64,000 nt of DNA from an uncultured Gemmatimonadales bacterium (GTDB lineage Bacteria; Gemmatimonadota; Gemmatimonadetes; Longimicrobiales; RSA9). The stretch covers positions 2,848,001 through 2,912,000 of the forward strand of contig OY970192.1 of NCBI GenBank assembly GCA_963708135.1, read 5' to 3'. Shown here one piece after another: positions 30,685 through 41,101 of this stretch (the stretch's first letter is position 1; each line of letters starts with the position of its first letter). Position numbers and translations under genes: made by a program. Under the pieces are notes generated by a model. It worked only from the letters and a program-made list of their open reading frames with translations. It was not told the origin of the DNA and searched no databases.

Positions 30685-30853
30685 GTGAACTCCCCACCCG
30701 TCCCCTGGCGCAGAGGCGGTTGGGGAGTTGACCGCGCTATTCGTTGTCAACTCCCCAACCCTCGGAGTTCGACTGGAACGGTTGGGGACTTTGCCGCGCT
30801 ATTCGCGGTCAAGTCCCCAACCGTCGGTTCGACGGCCGACGCGTGGGGACTTT
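30685..30853. repeat. Array of 43-bp palindromic units with a 62-bp period (REP/BIME-like)
   Basis: GGTTGGGGAGTTGAC-N13-GTCAACTCCCCAACC at 30718-30760, a variant at 30780-30822, and half-units at ~30685 and ~30843. Confidence 0.88.
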
Positions 30854-30944
30854 CCTCCTCTCGCCGGCCCAATGGTTCGGCGCGGGCAGCGCGCGAGCGG
30901 CTCGGCGCGCGACCGGTTCGGCGCGGCCATCGCGCAACGCACCG

Positions 30945-32643
30945 TCAGCGCAGCAGGATGGGCGTGCTGCGCTTGGCCGTCCGGCCGTCGCCGGCGGTGA
31001 TGTGCACCGTGAGGGTGTAGGCGCCCGGCTCGAGCGCGGAGAGGTCGAGGCTGCGCCGGCTGCGGTCGTCGGCGCCGCGCTGCTCGTCCTCGAAGCGGAT
31101 CTCCAGGCGGCGGTGGCGCTTGAAGGGGAGGCCGCCGCGGCGCTCGACCGTGATCGTCGTGGCGAGCCCGTCGCCGTCGGAGGCGCCGTAGGCCTCGTAG
31201 TAGAGGACGACCCGGCGCTGCGCGGCGGGGAGCGCGTGGTTCGGCAGGAGGGTGAGCGGCGGGCCGCCGCCCCTGGTCCAGCGGCCGGCCGGCCCCGGCA
31301 CGCCGAGGGCGAGCGCGGAGAGCTCCAGCCGGCCCGGCACGCGCATCCGGCGAAGCGCCACCGTGTCGCCGCGGACGAACCCCGCGCCGGCGAGGATGGG
31401 GCCGCGGTCGGGCCGGTCGGCCGTTGGGGCGACGGCGGCGCCGGGCGCCTGCACGCGCAGCGCGTACACGTGGGGCCCGGCGGCCAGGCGGAGCGGCAGA
31501 TCGAGCTCCAGCAGCGCACCGGGGGGCAGCGTGGCGGAAGCGAAGCGCGCGAGCGTGTCGACGCTCGCCACCATGCGGCCGGAATCGAGGACGGAGAGCA
31601 CGGCCCGGACGGCGTACTCGCCTCCCCCGCCGGAGCCGCCCGGCACGCGCAACGCCTGCGCGGGAACGGCGATGGCGAGGGTGACGTCGCTCGAAGTCGG
31701 GCGAGGCGGAGGCGAAATCGAGGAGCTCGAAGGCGGCCGGAAGCGTCTCGGCGAAGCGGGGCGCGGCGCTCTCGCTCGAGGCCACGTGGTCGGCGGTGCG
31801 CTGGCCGAGCTGGTCGAGGGCCTGATCGTCCTGGAGCCGGGCGAGGTTGTTGCCGCCATGCAGGAAGAGGCGGCGGTAGCGGCCGTCGTAATCCGCGAGG
31901 CGGCCGATGAGCTCCGCCCGGTTCGCGCAGGCGCCGGGGTCGAGCTCATCCGGACCCGCGGCGAGGACGTAGTCGCGCAGGCTTTTGAGACCGGAGAACG
32001 CATCGCCGGACGGGTTCAGCGCGGGCGCGAAGGTGAGCAGCACCGGCCGGCCGCCGTTGCGGTAGATCCAGACCTCGCCATCGTGGGGGCGGCACGGCAC
32101 GATCTCGTCCGGCTCGCCGTAGCGGATGAGCGCGAGCCCGCGGTCGTCGATGTGGACCTCGTGGCGCACGTAGCGCTCGGCGTCGCGCCCGGGGGGCGGC
32201 GTGACCGCCCGGGCGGCGAAGCCGGTCACCCACATGAGCCCGCCCGCCTGCTGGCGTGGCGCCACCATCATCCGGTCGGGCCGGCCGTACCAGCGCTCGG
32301 CCTTTCGCACGCGACGGATGTGCTCGGCCCGGCGGGCTTCGGGCGGAAGCGTCGCCTGCGCGGCACGGCGGCTCCAGAAGCGGCGGAGGAATGCGCGCCT
32401 TGCGGCGACATCCGAGAGCGCGAACCAGCGCGCGGCCTCGGTGCTGTCGGCCAGGTAGCGGAGCCCCGTCCAGGCGCTGTCGGGGGGGAGCGTGCTCTCC
32501 CGGTCGAGGGAGCGGAGGTAGGCGGCGCACGCGGCGGTGGCGCGGCTGCCGCATGCCGCGGCCGCGGGAGCCTGGGCGGAGAGGGGGGCCGCCCCGCACA
32601 TGAGAAGCAGCGCGGCGACGACGCGGGGGGAAGGCGGCGCCAA
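30945..32643 (-). CDS. GWxTD-domain-like exported protein; +1 frameshift at ~31694 (likely sequencing error)
   Basis: Signal ..APLSAQ; RRAFLRRFW..RRAEHIRRVRKAERWY..DDRG..LIRYGEPD..EVWIY. Removing one base joins ORFs 30799..32763 and 30945..32003. Start uncertain (TTG 32643). Confidence 0.7.
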
Positions 32644-32879
32644 GCGTGACCTCGAGGTCGGTGGGCCGGCTGTCGCCGGACCGTACCCATTAAATCTAGG
32701 AACGGCGCCTCTTGCGGCAACCGAAGCGGCGTGCCGCGGGGCGTGCGACCGGGCGCCACGCACGCCGCGCCGGGGGGGGCGCGCGTCCGGCGCCTTGACA
32801 GCGCGGCCGGCTCCCTCCTAACTCTCGGCGTACCGCGGGGCGCGCATCCGCGGCCCCCCAGGCATATCGGAGGTACCGG

Positions 32880-33714
32880 ATGTCCTCGCCCACCGCACTG
32901 CTCGCGCTCTGCCTCTCGCTTCTCGCGCTGCCGGCCATGGCGGATGGGCCGCTGCCGCCCTCGCGGGCGGAGCCGGCCGGCCCGCCGGCGCCCGTGCACG
33001 TGTGGGGAGGGGCCCGGCCGCTCCGCGGCGACAGCGCCCGCAAGACGGTGGCGGTGCTCAACTTCGACAACAACTCCGGGGACAGCCACTACGATCCGCT
33101 CGGCAAGGGGATCGCGGACATGATGATCTCGGACCTGTCGAGCGTGCAGCAGATCCAGCTGGTGGAGCGCGAGCACCTCGCCGACCTGACGCACGAGATG
33201 GAGGTGCAGCACTCGCGCTTCTTCGACCAGAGCACGGCCGCGAAGGCGGGAAAGCTGGTGGGCGCGCAGTACGTCGTCGCCGGCGCGATCCTGGCGCTCG
33301 ACCCGAAGATCCGGCTGGACACGCGCGTGATCCAGGTCGAGACGGGCGAGGTCGTGAAGGCGGCGGAGGTGACCGGCGATCAGAAGGACCTCTTCGATCT
33401 CCAGCAGCGGCTGGCGCACCAGCTCATCAAGGGGCTGGGGGTGGCGCTCTCGCCCGAGGACTCGGCGCGGCTGCGCAAGCAGCAGGAGGCGGACCGGCTC
33501 GAAGACGCTGGACGACGAGCTACGTCTCTCGGAGGCGCTCGACCTCTTCGATCGGAAGATGTACACGGAGGCCGCCGAGAAGGCGCTGCCGCTGGTCCAC
33601 GAGAACCCCGACAACCAGCTGCTCCAGGCCACCTACAAGGTCATGGAGGACCGCGCCAAGGACGACGCCAAGAACAAGCTCAAGAAGAAGCTGAAGGGGC
33701 TGTTCCATCATTAG
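32880..33714 (+). CDS. CsgG/HfaB/TolB-N-like domain protein; +1 frameshift at ~33503 (likely sequencing error)
   Basis: TVAVLNFDNNSG..LGKGIADMMISDL..VERE..AAKAGKLVGAQYVV.G..RLDTRVIQVETGEV. The corrected frame continues LETLDDELRL to TAG at 33714. Confidence 0.78.
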
Positions 33715-33719
33715 GGATC

Positions 33720-33785
33720 AGGCTTCGGGATTCGCGATTTCGGGATCCGGGATTCGGGGTTCGAGAGTCGGGGTTCGGGGTTCCT
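33720..33785. repeat. Degenerate heptamer run (GGGATTC/GGGGTTC)
   Basis: About 9 units with 7-bp period between convergent genes. Confidence 0.75.
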
Positions 33786-33792
33786 GGACGCG

Positions 33793-35345
33793 TCACTCGC
33801 GCTCTCCGGCGGCAGCGTGTCGCCACGCAGCAGGGACAGGCCCGCGGCGACCCCGGCCGCGTCGAAGTGGGCATTCCGCATCCCGCATCCCGAGCCCGTA
33901 GCCTAGCCCCCTACCTCCCCCTCTCCGCTCCACGCTCTCGCCCAGCAGCTCGAACACGCCCTCCTCCTCCAGCACCCGCTGCCCGAGCCGCTGGGTCGAG
34001 ATGCCGGGGCGCAGCGTGAAGTCGTAGTCGAGGCGGCCGGCGCGCTCGGCGGCGTCGAAGCGGGCGCAGCGGACGCGCCCCGTCGCCTGGAGCGGCTCGG
34101 CGACCTCGATGAGGTGGGAGGAGACGAGGAAGAGGCTGTCCCGGGCGGCCGAGAGGCGGTCGAAGATGGTGAGGGAGGCGTCCAGCGCGTCCTTGACGTT
34201 GGTGCCCTTGAAAGGCTCATCGAGGAAGGCGACGACGCGGCGTCCATCCGCCAGCGCCTGCGCGACCTCGCGGACCCGGAGCGCCTCGGCGCGGAAGAAG
34301 CTGACGCCCTGGCGGACGTTGTCCACGAGGGTGATGGCGGTGAAGAGGTCGTCGCAGGGGGAGAAGCGGAACGAGCGGGCGGGCACGCCCATGCCGACGT
34401 GCGCCAGGTAGAGGGCGATGCCGCAGGCGCGCAGGTACGTCGTCTTGCCGGCCATGTTCGGCCCGGTCAGGAACAGCAGCCGCTGCTCCTGGTCGAGGTG
34501 CAGCGGGTTGGCCACGGGACGCTCGAGGAACGGGTGGTAGACGCTCTCGGCGGAGAGGGCGAGGGGGCCGTCGCAGACCTCGGGCAGGACGAAGCGCATG
34601 TCGGCCGTGGCCTCGGCCATCGACGTGATGGCGTCCATCTCGAAGATGAGCAGCATGAGCCGCTCGATCGTGGCGCGCTCCTCGTGGCGCAGCACGCGGT
34701 CGATGCGGAGCAGGCGCCACCAGGGCGGGTCGCCGCGGTCCTCGGGCGGCAGCACGTCGAGGCCCGGCCGGGCGACGAGCTCGCGGGTCTCGCGGACGAG
34801 CGCGCCCAGCTCGCCCGGCGGGTCGGCGAGCTCGGGGTGGCGGACGAGCATGCGGAGCATGGAGACCATGCGCGCGGTGCGTCGCATCCCGACCACGGTG
34901 CGGCGGTGCGACTTGGGATCCCAGAAGCGCAGCTCGAAGCCGTCGAGCACGGCCGTGAGCCGGCTCGCGGTGTCGGGGAAGGGCAGGTTCGAGTGCACGT
35001 ACTCCGCCACCGCGACGAGCAGCCCCTCGCCCGGCAGCGCGTTCATGGCGGCGGGGTGGGCGGCAAGGTGCGCGACAGACGCCTGCACGGTGCGGATCCG
35101 GGCGGGGTCGGAGAGCGGGCGCTGAAACCGCGCCCTCAGCACCTTGGTGCCGCCCTTGGTGCGGGTGCGGTCGAGGAGCTCGAAGAGACCGGCGGCGCCG
35201 TCCTGGCCCTGGAAGATCTCGAGGTCGCGGAGCGTCTGGTCGTCCAGCCGGAGGATCCCCGGCTCGGGGGCGCCTCGGCGGCATCGGCCTCGCGGCGCTC
35301 CCCGGGCGGACGCCGGAGCGGCAGGCTGAGGAACGGCAGGGGCAC
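33793..35345 (-). CDS. MutS-related ATPase (domain V family); 5' end apparently frameshifted near 35266-35270
   Basis: DDQTLRDLEIF..LDRTRTKGG, HPFL..VAN, LTGPNMAGKTTYLR, SFFRAE, LDEPFKGTN, SSHLIE. No in-frame start upstream of 35142; one extra C in the C5 run would join the GTG at 35345. Confidence 0.8.
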
Positions 35346-35537
35346 CTCCGGCGCAGGGGGAGAGGGTCGGGAACCGGAAGATTCGGGGCGGGCGGCGGGC
35401 GGGTCAAGGGAGGGTCACGGGCACGCATGCGCTCACGCAGCCGGCGGGACGGGGATGCCCGCCGCTCGCGAATGCCCGCGCATGCGTACCCGCTACCGGG
35501 GACATGGCGCCAGGAGCCCGGGTCCCGACGCCCGAGC

Positions 35538-35885
35538 TCAGTCGCCGCGCGCGCTGCCGGCCGTCTCGCCGCGCGTCCACTCGGAGCTGTCGTCCTCGTC
35601 GGCGGTGCTGCGGCTGACCAGCTTGTTGAAGTTGCTCTTCACCCCCTCCGACGTGGTCTCCTGGTACAGCAGCACGAGATCGCTGCCATCGAACTTCTCG
35701 AACCACTCCTCCCAGGGGATGCGCTCGAGGCTCTTCTCGCCGCTGTAGTCGGGGAAGTCGAGGCGGATGATCCCGGCGTCGTCCTCGGTATGGGTGGACT
35801 TGACGGTGGCGAGCCAGCCGCCGCGGTCTTCGGTCCACTGCCGGATGCGGTCGTGGTCGGTGGTCTTGAAGCGTTCGCCTGCCAT
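35538..35885 (-). CDS. Conserved small acidic hypothetical protein
   Basis: TTDHDRIRQWTEDRGG.LATV..G.IRLDFPDY..I.WEEWFEKFD..L.LLYQE..SNFNKLV; AGGAGG RBS. Confidence 0.8.
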   Translation of the reverse strand: MAGERFKTTDHDRIRQWTEDRGGWLATVKSTHTEDDAGIIRLDFPDYSGEKSLERIPWEEWFEKFDGSDLVLLYQETTSEGVKSNFNKLVSRSTADEDDSSEWTRGETAGSARGD

Positions 35886-35940
35886 GCTTGGATCCTCCTG
35901 CTCTATGTCACGGCGCCACATGCTGTTATGGGAGTGACAC

Positions 35941-35956
35941 TGCAAGCCCCCTGCCG
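35941..35956 (-). promoter_or_regulatory. Putative sigma54 promoter
   Basis: CGGCAGGGGGCTTGCA, about 55 nt upstream of ATG 35885. Confidence 0.5.
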
Positions 35957-36338
35957 CAATCGAGCGGGGGAGAGCGGGGGAGCGGCGGGCTTCCTGGCGG
36001 ACCGACCTGACCGGGCGCGGTGAGCGTCGCGGCGCGCGGGTGCTCCGGCGGGGAGGGGCGGGGGCGGGCCCGCGCGCCTGAACGCGACGCGTCGCAGCCG
36101 CCGCGCGCCCGGCCCGGCTCTCGGGCCCGGCAGGTAACGGGCGCCATGCGGCTTCCCCGGCCCCCGCTCGCCCACTCGCCCACTCTGGAAGGGGATCCGG
36201 GAGAGCGGGGCCGTGCCGGGCGCATTGCGCGGGACTTCTCGGACGCGGAAGATGTTGGCGCGGGTGGCGGCGGTACCAACCCTCGGCGGGCTCGGTCTGT
36301 CGAAGGAGGGGGAGGTCTTCACAGATCCGGAGCGAGCC

Positions 36339-38753
36339 ATGGATGCCGTGCTGCAGGATCTGCGCTACGCGCTGCGCCAGATCCGGCGCGCGCCGGCGTT
36401 CGCGTTCTTCATCGTGGCGACGCTGGCGATCGGGATCGGGGCGAACACGACGATCTTCGGGGTGATCGACGCGCTCGTGCTGAATCCCCTGCCCTACCCG
36501 CACCCGGAGCGGCTGGTGAAGCTGTCGGGGGCGTACGTCGGGCGGGGGGACAGCTGGTCGGTGTCCTACCCGAACGCCGCGGACTGGCGGGCCATGAGCC
36601 ACTCCTTCCAGGACGTGGCGTGGTTGCAGGGTGGAAGCTACACGCTGGCCGGGGAAGGGCGGCCGGAGCGGGTACGCGGCAGCCGGGCCTCGTGGAACCT
36701 CTTCTCGCTGCTGGGCGTCCGCCCCGCGCTCGGGCGGACCTACACACAGGCGGAGGACGCGCCGGGCGCGGAGCGTGTGGTGGTGCTGGGCTGGGGGCTC
36801 TGGCAGCGGCGCTTCGGCGGGCAGGCGGGCGTGATCGGGCGCACCCTCATGCTGTCCGGCGATTCGTACACGGTGATCGGCGTCATGCCGGAGAAGTTCT
36901 CGTTCCCGGATGCCGGGCTCGAGGTCTACGTCCCGCTGCGGGTGGACGGGAGCACATGGCCCCGCTCGAACGGCGGGCTCCAGGTGATCGGCCGGCTGCG
37001 TCCGGCCGCCACGCTGGCGGGCGCGCAGCGGGAGATGGACGCGCTGTCGGCGCGCCTCGAGCGGGAGTACCCGGACGCCGACCGGCAGCTGAGCGCGAAG
37101 CTGACATTGCTGCGGGAGGCGATGTACGGCGGGCAGACGGCGCGGCTGCTCCTGTGGACGCTGCTGGCCGCGGTGGGGCTGGTGCTGCTGATCGCCTGCG
37201 TGAACGTGGCCAACCTGCTGCTCGCGCGGGCAACCACGCGGGAGCGCGAGGTGGCGGTGCGCGCGGCGCTCGGAGCCGGCGGCTGGCGGGTACTGCGGCA
37301 GTTCATGACCGAGAGCCTCGTGCTGGCGGCGCTCGGCGGCGCGGGAGGCGTGCTCGTCTCGCTGTGGGGCACGCGCCTCTTCGCCTCGGCCATTCCCGCG
37401 GATGCGGGGGTGCCGACGGACTTCGGGCTGAACCCGGTCGTGCTGGCCTTCACGGTGGGGCTCGCGCTGCTGACGGGGCTTGTGTTCGGCGCGCTGCCGG
37501 CGCTGCATGCGGCGCGTCCCGACCTGGCGCAGCTCATCGGCGGGCGCTCGGGTCAGGCCAGCCGCAGCCGCGGGCGGCGCCGCGCGGCGCTGGTCGTGGC
37601 GGAGGTGGCGCTCGCGGCCGTGCTGCTCGTCTCCGCGGGGCTGGTCGTGCGCAGCCTCTCGGCCCTGATGTCCCGGAGCCCCGGCTTCGATATCCGGGGC
37701 CTGCTCACCCTGCGGGTCTCCGCCGGCGCCCGCTACGACACGCGCGAGAAGATCGGCGCCTACCGGCAGGCGCTCCTCGAGCGGCTGCGCGCCGTCCCCG
37801 GGGTGGACGCCGCGGGCGGGACGGACTTCATGCCGCTCGCCGGCACGAACAACTACGGCGACTTCCAGATCGAGGGCCGCGCGGCGCCGGAACCGCTGCA
37901 CGCGGGCACCATCGCCTTCACGCCCGGCTACCTCGAGGCGATGGGGATCCCCATCCTGCGCGGCCGCGACATCGACGCGCGCGACGCCGGCGACAGCCCC
38001 AATGTCGTGCTGATCAACCGCACCGCGGCGCGCGCCTTCTTCGGCGCGGAGAACCCGATCGGCAGGCGCCTGCACATGATGTACGACGGCGACTCCATCC
38101 GCTGGCGCACCATCGCCGGCGTGATCGGCGATGTCCGCTTCAGCGGCCTCGATGACCCGCCCCGCCCCGAGATCTACCTGCCGGTCGCGCAGCTGCCGTG
38201 GGCCAACCCGTCGATGACGTTCGTTCTGCGCACCACGCACGACCCGCTGGCGCTGGTCTCCCCGGCCGAGCGCGCCATCTGGGGCCTCGACCCCGCTCAG
38301 GCCGTCTACGACGTGCGCACCATGCAGCGGCTGGTGCACGAGTCCACGGCGGTGCTCGTCGCCCGCATCCTGGCCGGCGCGCTCACCCTCTTTGGCGCGA
38401 TCGCGCTGCTGCTCGCGGCGCTCGGCCTCTACGGCGTGATCTCCTACAACGTGGCGCAGCGGACCTACGAGATCGGCGTGCGCAGCGCGCTCGGGGCGAG
38501 CCGCGCCGACGTGCTGCGGCTCGTGCTCGGCCAGGGCATGACACTCGTCGCCATCGGACTCGGCATCGGCGTGCTCGGCGCCCTCGGCGCCACGCGCGTG
38601 CTGCGCCGTCTCCTCTACGGCGTGAGCGCGACCGATCCGCTGACCTTCACGGCGACGGCGCTCGTGCTCGCCGCCGTGGCGCTCCTCGCCACCTGGCTGC
38701 CCGCCCGGCGCGCGGCGAGGATCGAGCCGGTCATGGCGCTGCGGACGGAGTGA
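36339..38753 (+). CDS. ABC transporter permease, duplicated MacB/FtsX (ADOP-type)
   Basis: QDLRYALR..TLAIGIGANTTIF, LLIACVNVANLLLARA..RERE.AVRAALGAG, GLYGVISYNVAQRTYEIG.R.ALGA, PARRAARIEP. Confidence 0.93.
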   Translation: MDAVLQDLRYALRQIRRAPAFAFFIVATLAIGIGANTTIFGVIDALVLNPLPYPHPERLVKLSGAYVGRGDSWSVSYPNAADWRAMSHSFQDVAWLQGGSYTLAGEGRPERVRGSRASWNLFSLLGVRPALGRTYTQAEDAPGAERVVVLGWGLWQRRFGGQAGVIGRTLMLSGDSYTVIGVMPEKFSFPDAGLEVYVPLRVDGSTWPRSNGGLQVIGRLRPAATLAGAQREMDALSARLEREYPDADRQLSAKLTLLREAMYGGQTARLLLWTLLAAVGLVLLIACVNVANLLLARATTREREVAVRAALGAGGWRVLRQFMTESLVLAALGGAGGVLVSLWGTRLFASAIPADAGVPTDFGLNPVVLAFTVGLALLTGLVFGALPALHAARPDLAQLIGGRSGQASRSRGRRRAALVVAEVALAAVLLVSAGLVVRSLSALMSRSPGFDIRGLLTLRVSAGARYDTREKIGAYRQALLERLRAVPGVDAAGGTDFMPLAGTNNYGDFQIEGRAAPEPLHAGTIAFTPGYLEAMGIPILRGRDIDARDAGDSPNVVLINRTAARAFFGAENPIGRRLHMMYDGDSIRWRTIAGVIGDVRFSGLDDPPRPEIYLPVAQLPWANPSMTFVLRTTHDPLALVSPAERAIWGLDPAQAVYDVRTMQRLVHESTAVLVARILAGALTLFGAIALLLAALGLYGVISYNVAQRTYEIGVRSALGASRADVLRLVLGQGMTLVAIGLGIGVLGALGATRVLRRLLYGVSATDPLTFTATALVLAAVALLATWLPARRAARIEPVMALRTE

Positions 38754-38836
38754 GGGACCCGGACGCGGGATGCGGGACGCGGGATGCGCCACGCGGGATG
38801 CGCATCCCGAGCCCCGAGCCCCGAGCCCCGAGCTGC

Positions 38837-39817
38837 CTACTTCACCCGGTACCTCGCCATGACCGGATAGTGATCGCTCGTCGTCTCGCCGTAGTCCGCA
38901 ATGTAGCGGTCGGCGCGGAAGACCTCGGCGGAGCCGGGCACGTAGTCGGCGAACATCTCGTTCGAGTCGAGCTGGTGGTCGATCACGTCCGGGTACTTCA
39001 CGGTGGAGCCAATGTGGGCGGCGGAGATGGCGGCAGTGGGAAAGCGGTAGTCGGCGCTGTCCTCGACGAAGCTCCGGTACGGCGACGGCGCACCCTGGTG
39101 GATCGAGGCGTCCACGTCATCGTTGAAGTCTCCAATGACGAGTACCTTCGCGGTCGGCCACGTGGCACCGAGGTACCGCTCGAGCGCGGCCGCGGCGGTG
39201 TCCCGGCGGGCGAGGCTCCCGGCGTCGGCGCCGGCCTTGGCGTGCTGGACGATGACGATGAGCGGCTCGCTCCTGCCGCCGATCGACACGTGCAGGTGGA
39301 ACTCGACGGGAGGCCGGCCGGCGAACGCGTGGTCGTAGGCGCCCAGGATCACGCGCGCGCTGTCCAGCGTGACCTCGTCCGTGCGCCATACCAGCGCGAC
39401 CTTCTGCTCCTTGTCGCCGAAGCCGCTGTAGTAGGCGGGCCCGCTGCGCACGCGCGGGTCGTTGGCTAGCAGGCCTGCCCACGAGCCGGGCAGCGCCCCG
39501 ACCAGGCGACGGAACTGCGTCCGGTCCACCACCTCCTCGAGCCCCCACAGGTCGAGGTCCACCCCGCCCATGACGGTGGCGACGTTCCTCAGCTGCAGCG
39601 CCTCGTCCGTCGGGCCGTTCCCCGTGGCGCCGAACCAATCCAGGTTCCAGTTGCCGACGTCGAGCGTCGCGGCGGTGCCCTGCGCCGGGATCGGCCCCGC
39701 CTGCGCCGGAGGCGGCGGCGCGGGCGCCGCGTCGATGGAGGCTGCCGGGCCGCACGACGCGAGCCCCGCGATCGAGAGGAAGGCGCGGGCGAGCGCCCGC
39801 CCGTGTCGAGCCGTCAT
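38837..39817 (-). CDS. Endonuclease/exonuclease/phosphatase family lipoprotein
   Basis: LASC lipobox; NWNLDWFG, GLEEV, VIGDFND, IDH, SDHYPV. Confidence 0.88.
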   Translation of the reverse strand: MTARHGRALARAFLSIAGLASCGPAASIDAAPAPPPPAQAGPIPAQGTAATLDVGNWNLDWFGATGNGPTDEALQLRNVATVMGGVDLDLWGLEEVVDRTQFRRLVGALPGSWAGLLANDPRVRSGPAYYSGFGDKEQKVALVWRTDEVTLDSARVILGAYDHAFAGRPPVEFHLHVSIGGRSEPLIVIVQHAKAGADAGSLARRDTAAAALERYLGATWPTAKVLVIGDFNDDVDASIHQGAPSPYRSFVEDSADYRFPTAAISAAHIGSTVKYPDVIDHQLDSNEMFADYVPGSAEVFRADRYIADYGETTSDHYPVMARYRVK

Positions 39818-39904
39818 CGGTGACCTGCCGCAAGGGTGAAGGGACACGGCCGGAGCGGAAGAGTTCCGGGCGGGTGTGAGTATACGGGTTGAGGGGCGCC
39901 GCGC

Positions 39905-41101
39905 CTAGCGCCGGGGCGTCCGGCGGCTCGAGACGTAGGCGAGCACCGCATCACGGACCCGGGCCGCGCCCAGCGCGATCTCGCGCAGGATCCCCGCTTT
40001 CGGCCGGGCGAAGCCCAGGAAGAAGAGGCCCGGCACGGCGCAGCCGCCATCGCCGGCGGGGTAGCCGGCGGCGTCGAGCACGCCCTCGGCCTCGAGGAGG
40101 GCGGGCAGGCCGCTGCGGTAGCCGGTGGCGAGGATCACGGCATCGAACGGGCGGACGGAGCCGTCGTCGAAGCGGACGGCGTCGGCGGAGAACCCGGTCG
40201 GGTTCGGCGCGAGCGCGATGTCGCCTGCGCGGATGCGAGCGACGGTGCCGACGTCGATGACAGGCAGCTTGCCGTAGCGCTCGATCTGGGTGATCGGACC
40301 GTAGGGCGGCGTGCGCAGCCCGATGTCCCGCAGGTCGCCGAGGACGCTGCGCGCGATGGCGCGGCCGACCAGGTCGCGGATGCGCGTGGGCAGCCGCCTC
40401 ATGCGGACGGCCGTGTCCTGGGTCGAGCGGCCGTGGAAGTCGCGCGGCACGATGTTCACGGGCCCGCGCACCGCCAGCGTGACCGGCACGCTCGCCTCGG
40501 CCAGGTCGAGCGCGATCTCGGCGCCGGTATTGCCCAACCCGACGACGAGCACGCGCCGGCCGAGGAATGGCGTCGGGTTGCGGTACTCGCGGGCGTGCAC
40601 GATCGTCCCGCCGAACGCGTGCTCTCCGGGCCAGTGCGGGATGTGCGGCTCGTGGTTGTAGCCGGTGGCGACCACGACCGCGGCGGCGCGCCGGAGGGTG
40701 CGCTCGCCCGACGTCGCACTCCTGCCCTCCACCTCCCAGAGCCCGTCCGCGGCGCGGCGCACCAGCGTTGCCTGCTCGCCGAAGCGGGGCCCCAGCCGGA
40801 AGTGTGCGGCGTAGCGCTCGAGGTACTCGACGAAGAGCGCGCGCGGCACGTACTGCGCCCAGCTCTCCGGGAACGGCATGAACGGCAGCGCGGAGTGGCG
40901 GCGGGCCGTGTGCAGGTGGAGCCGGTCGTAGTGGTTGTGCCACGCCCAGCCGACGGCGGGCCCGGCCTCGAGAATCTCGAAGTCCGCGTCGCTGCGGCGC
41001 AGGCAGGCGCCGAGGGCGAGGCCGGCCGGGCCGGCGCCGAGGATGAGGGTGTCCGTTGGCTCAGCTCGAAACGTAGGCGGCGTTCTCGTCGATGTAGCCA
41101 T
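39905..41101 (-). CDS. Flavin-containing monooxygenase (YUCCA-like class B)
   Basis: GAGPAG FAD motif, W..HYDRLHLHT, VVATG, F.G..VH...Y, VVGLGNTG NADPH motif, ILATGY. The only ATG overlaps argJ by 41 nt. Confidence 0.88.
   Translation of the reverse strand: MATSTRTPPTFRAEPTDTLILGAGPAGLALGACLRRSDADFEILEAGPAVGWAWHNHYDRLHLHTARRHSALPFMPFPESWAQYVPRALFVEYLERYAAHFRLGPRFGEQATLVRRAADGLWEVEGRSATSGERTLRRAAAVVVATGYNHEPHIPHWPGEHAFGGTIVHAREYRNPTPFLGRRVLVVGLGNTGAEIALDLAEASVPVTLAVRGPVNIVPRDFHGRSTQDTAVRMRRLPTRIRDLVGRAIARSVLGDLRDIGLRTPPYGPITQIERYGKLPVIDVGTVARIRAGDIALAPNPTGFSADAVRFDDGSVRPFDAVILATGYRSGLPALLEAEGVLDAAGYPAGDGGCAVPGLFFLGFARPKAGILREIALGAARVRDAVLAYVSSRRTPRR

Noticed and set aside
30685..30853. Mini-CRISPR
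   Set aside because: Only two full, divergent units, 17-19 nt spacers, and no cas genes.
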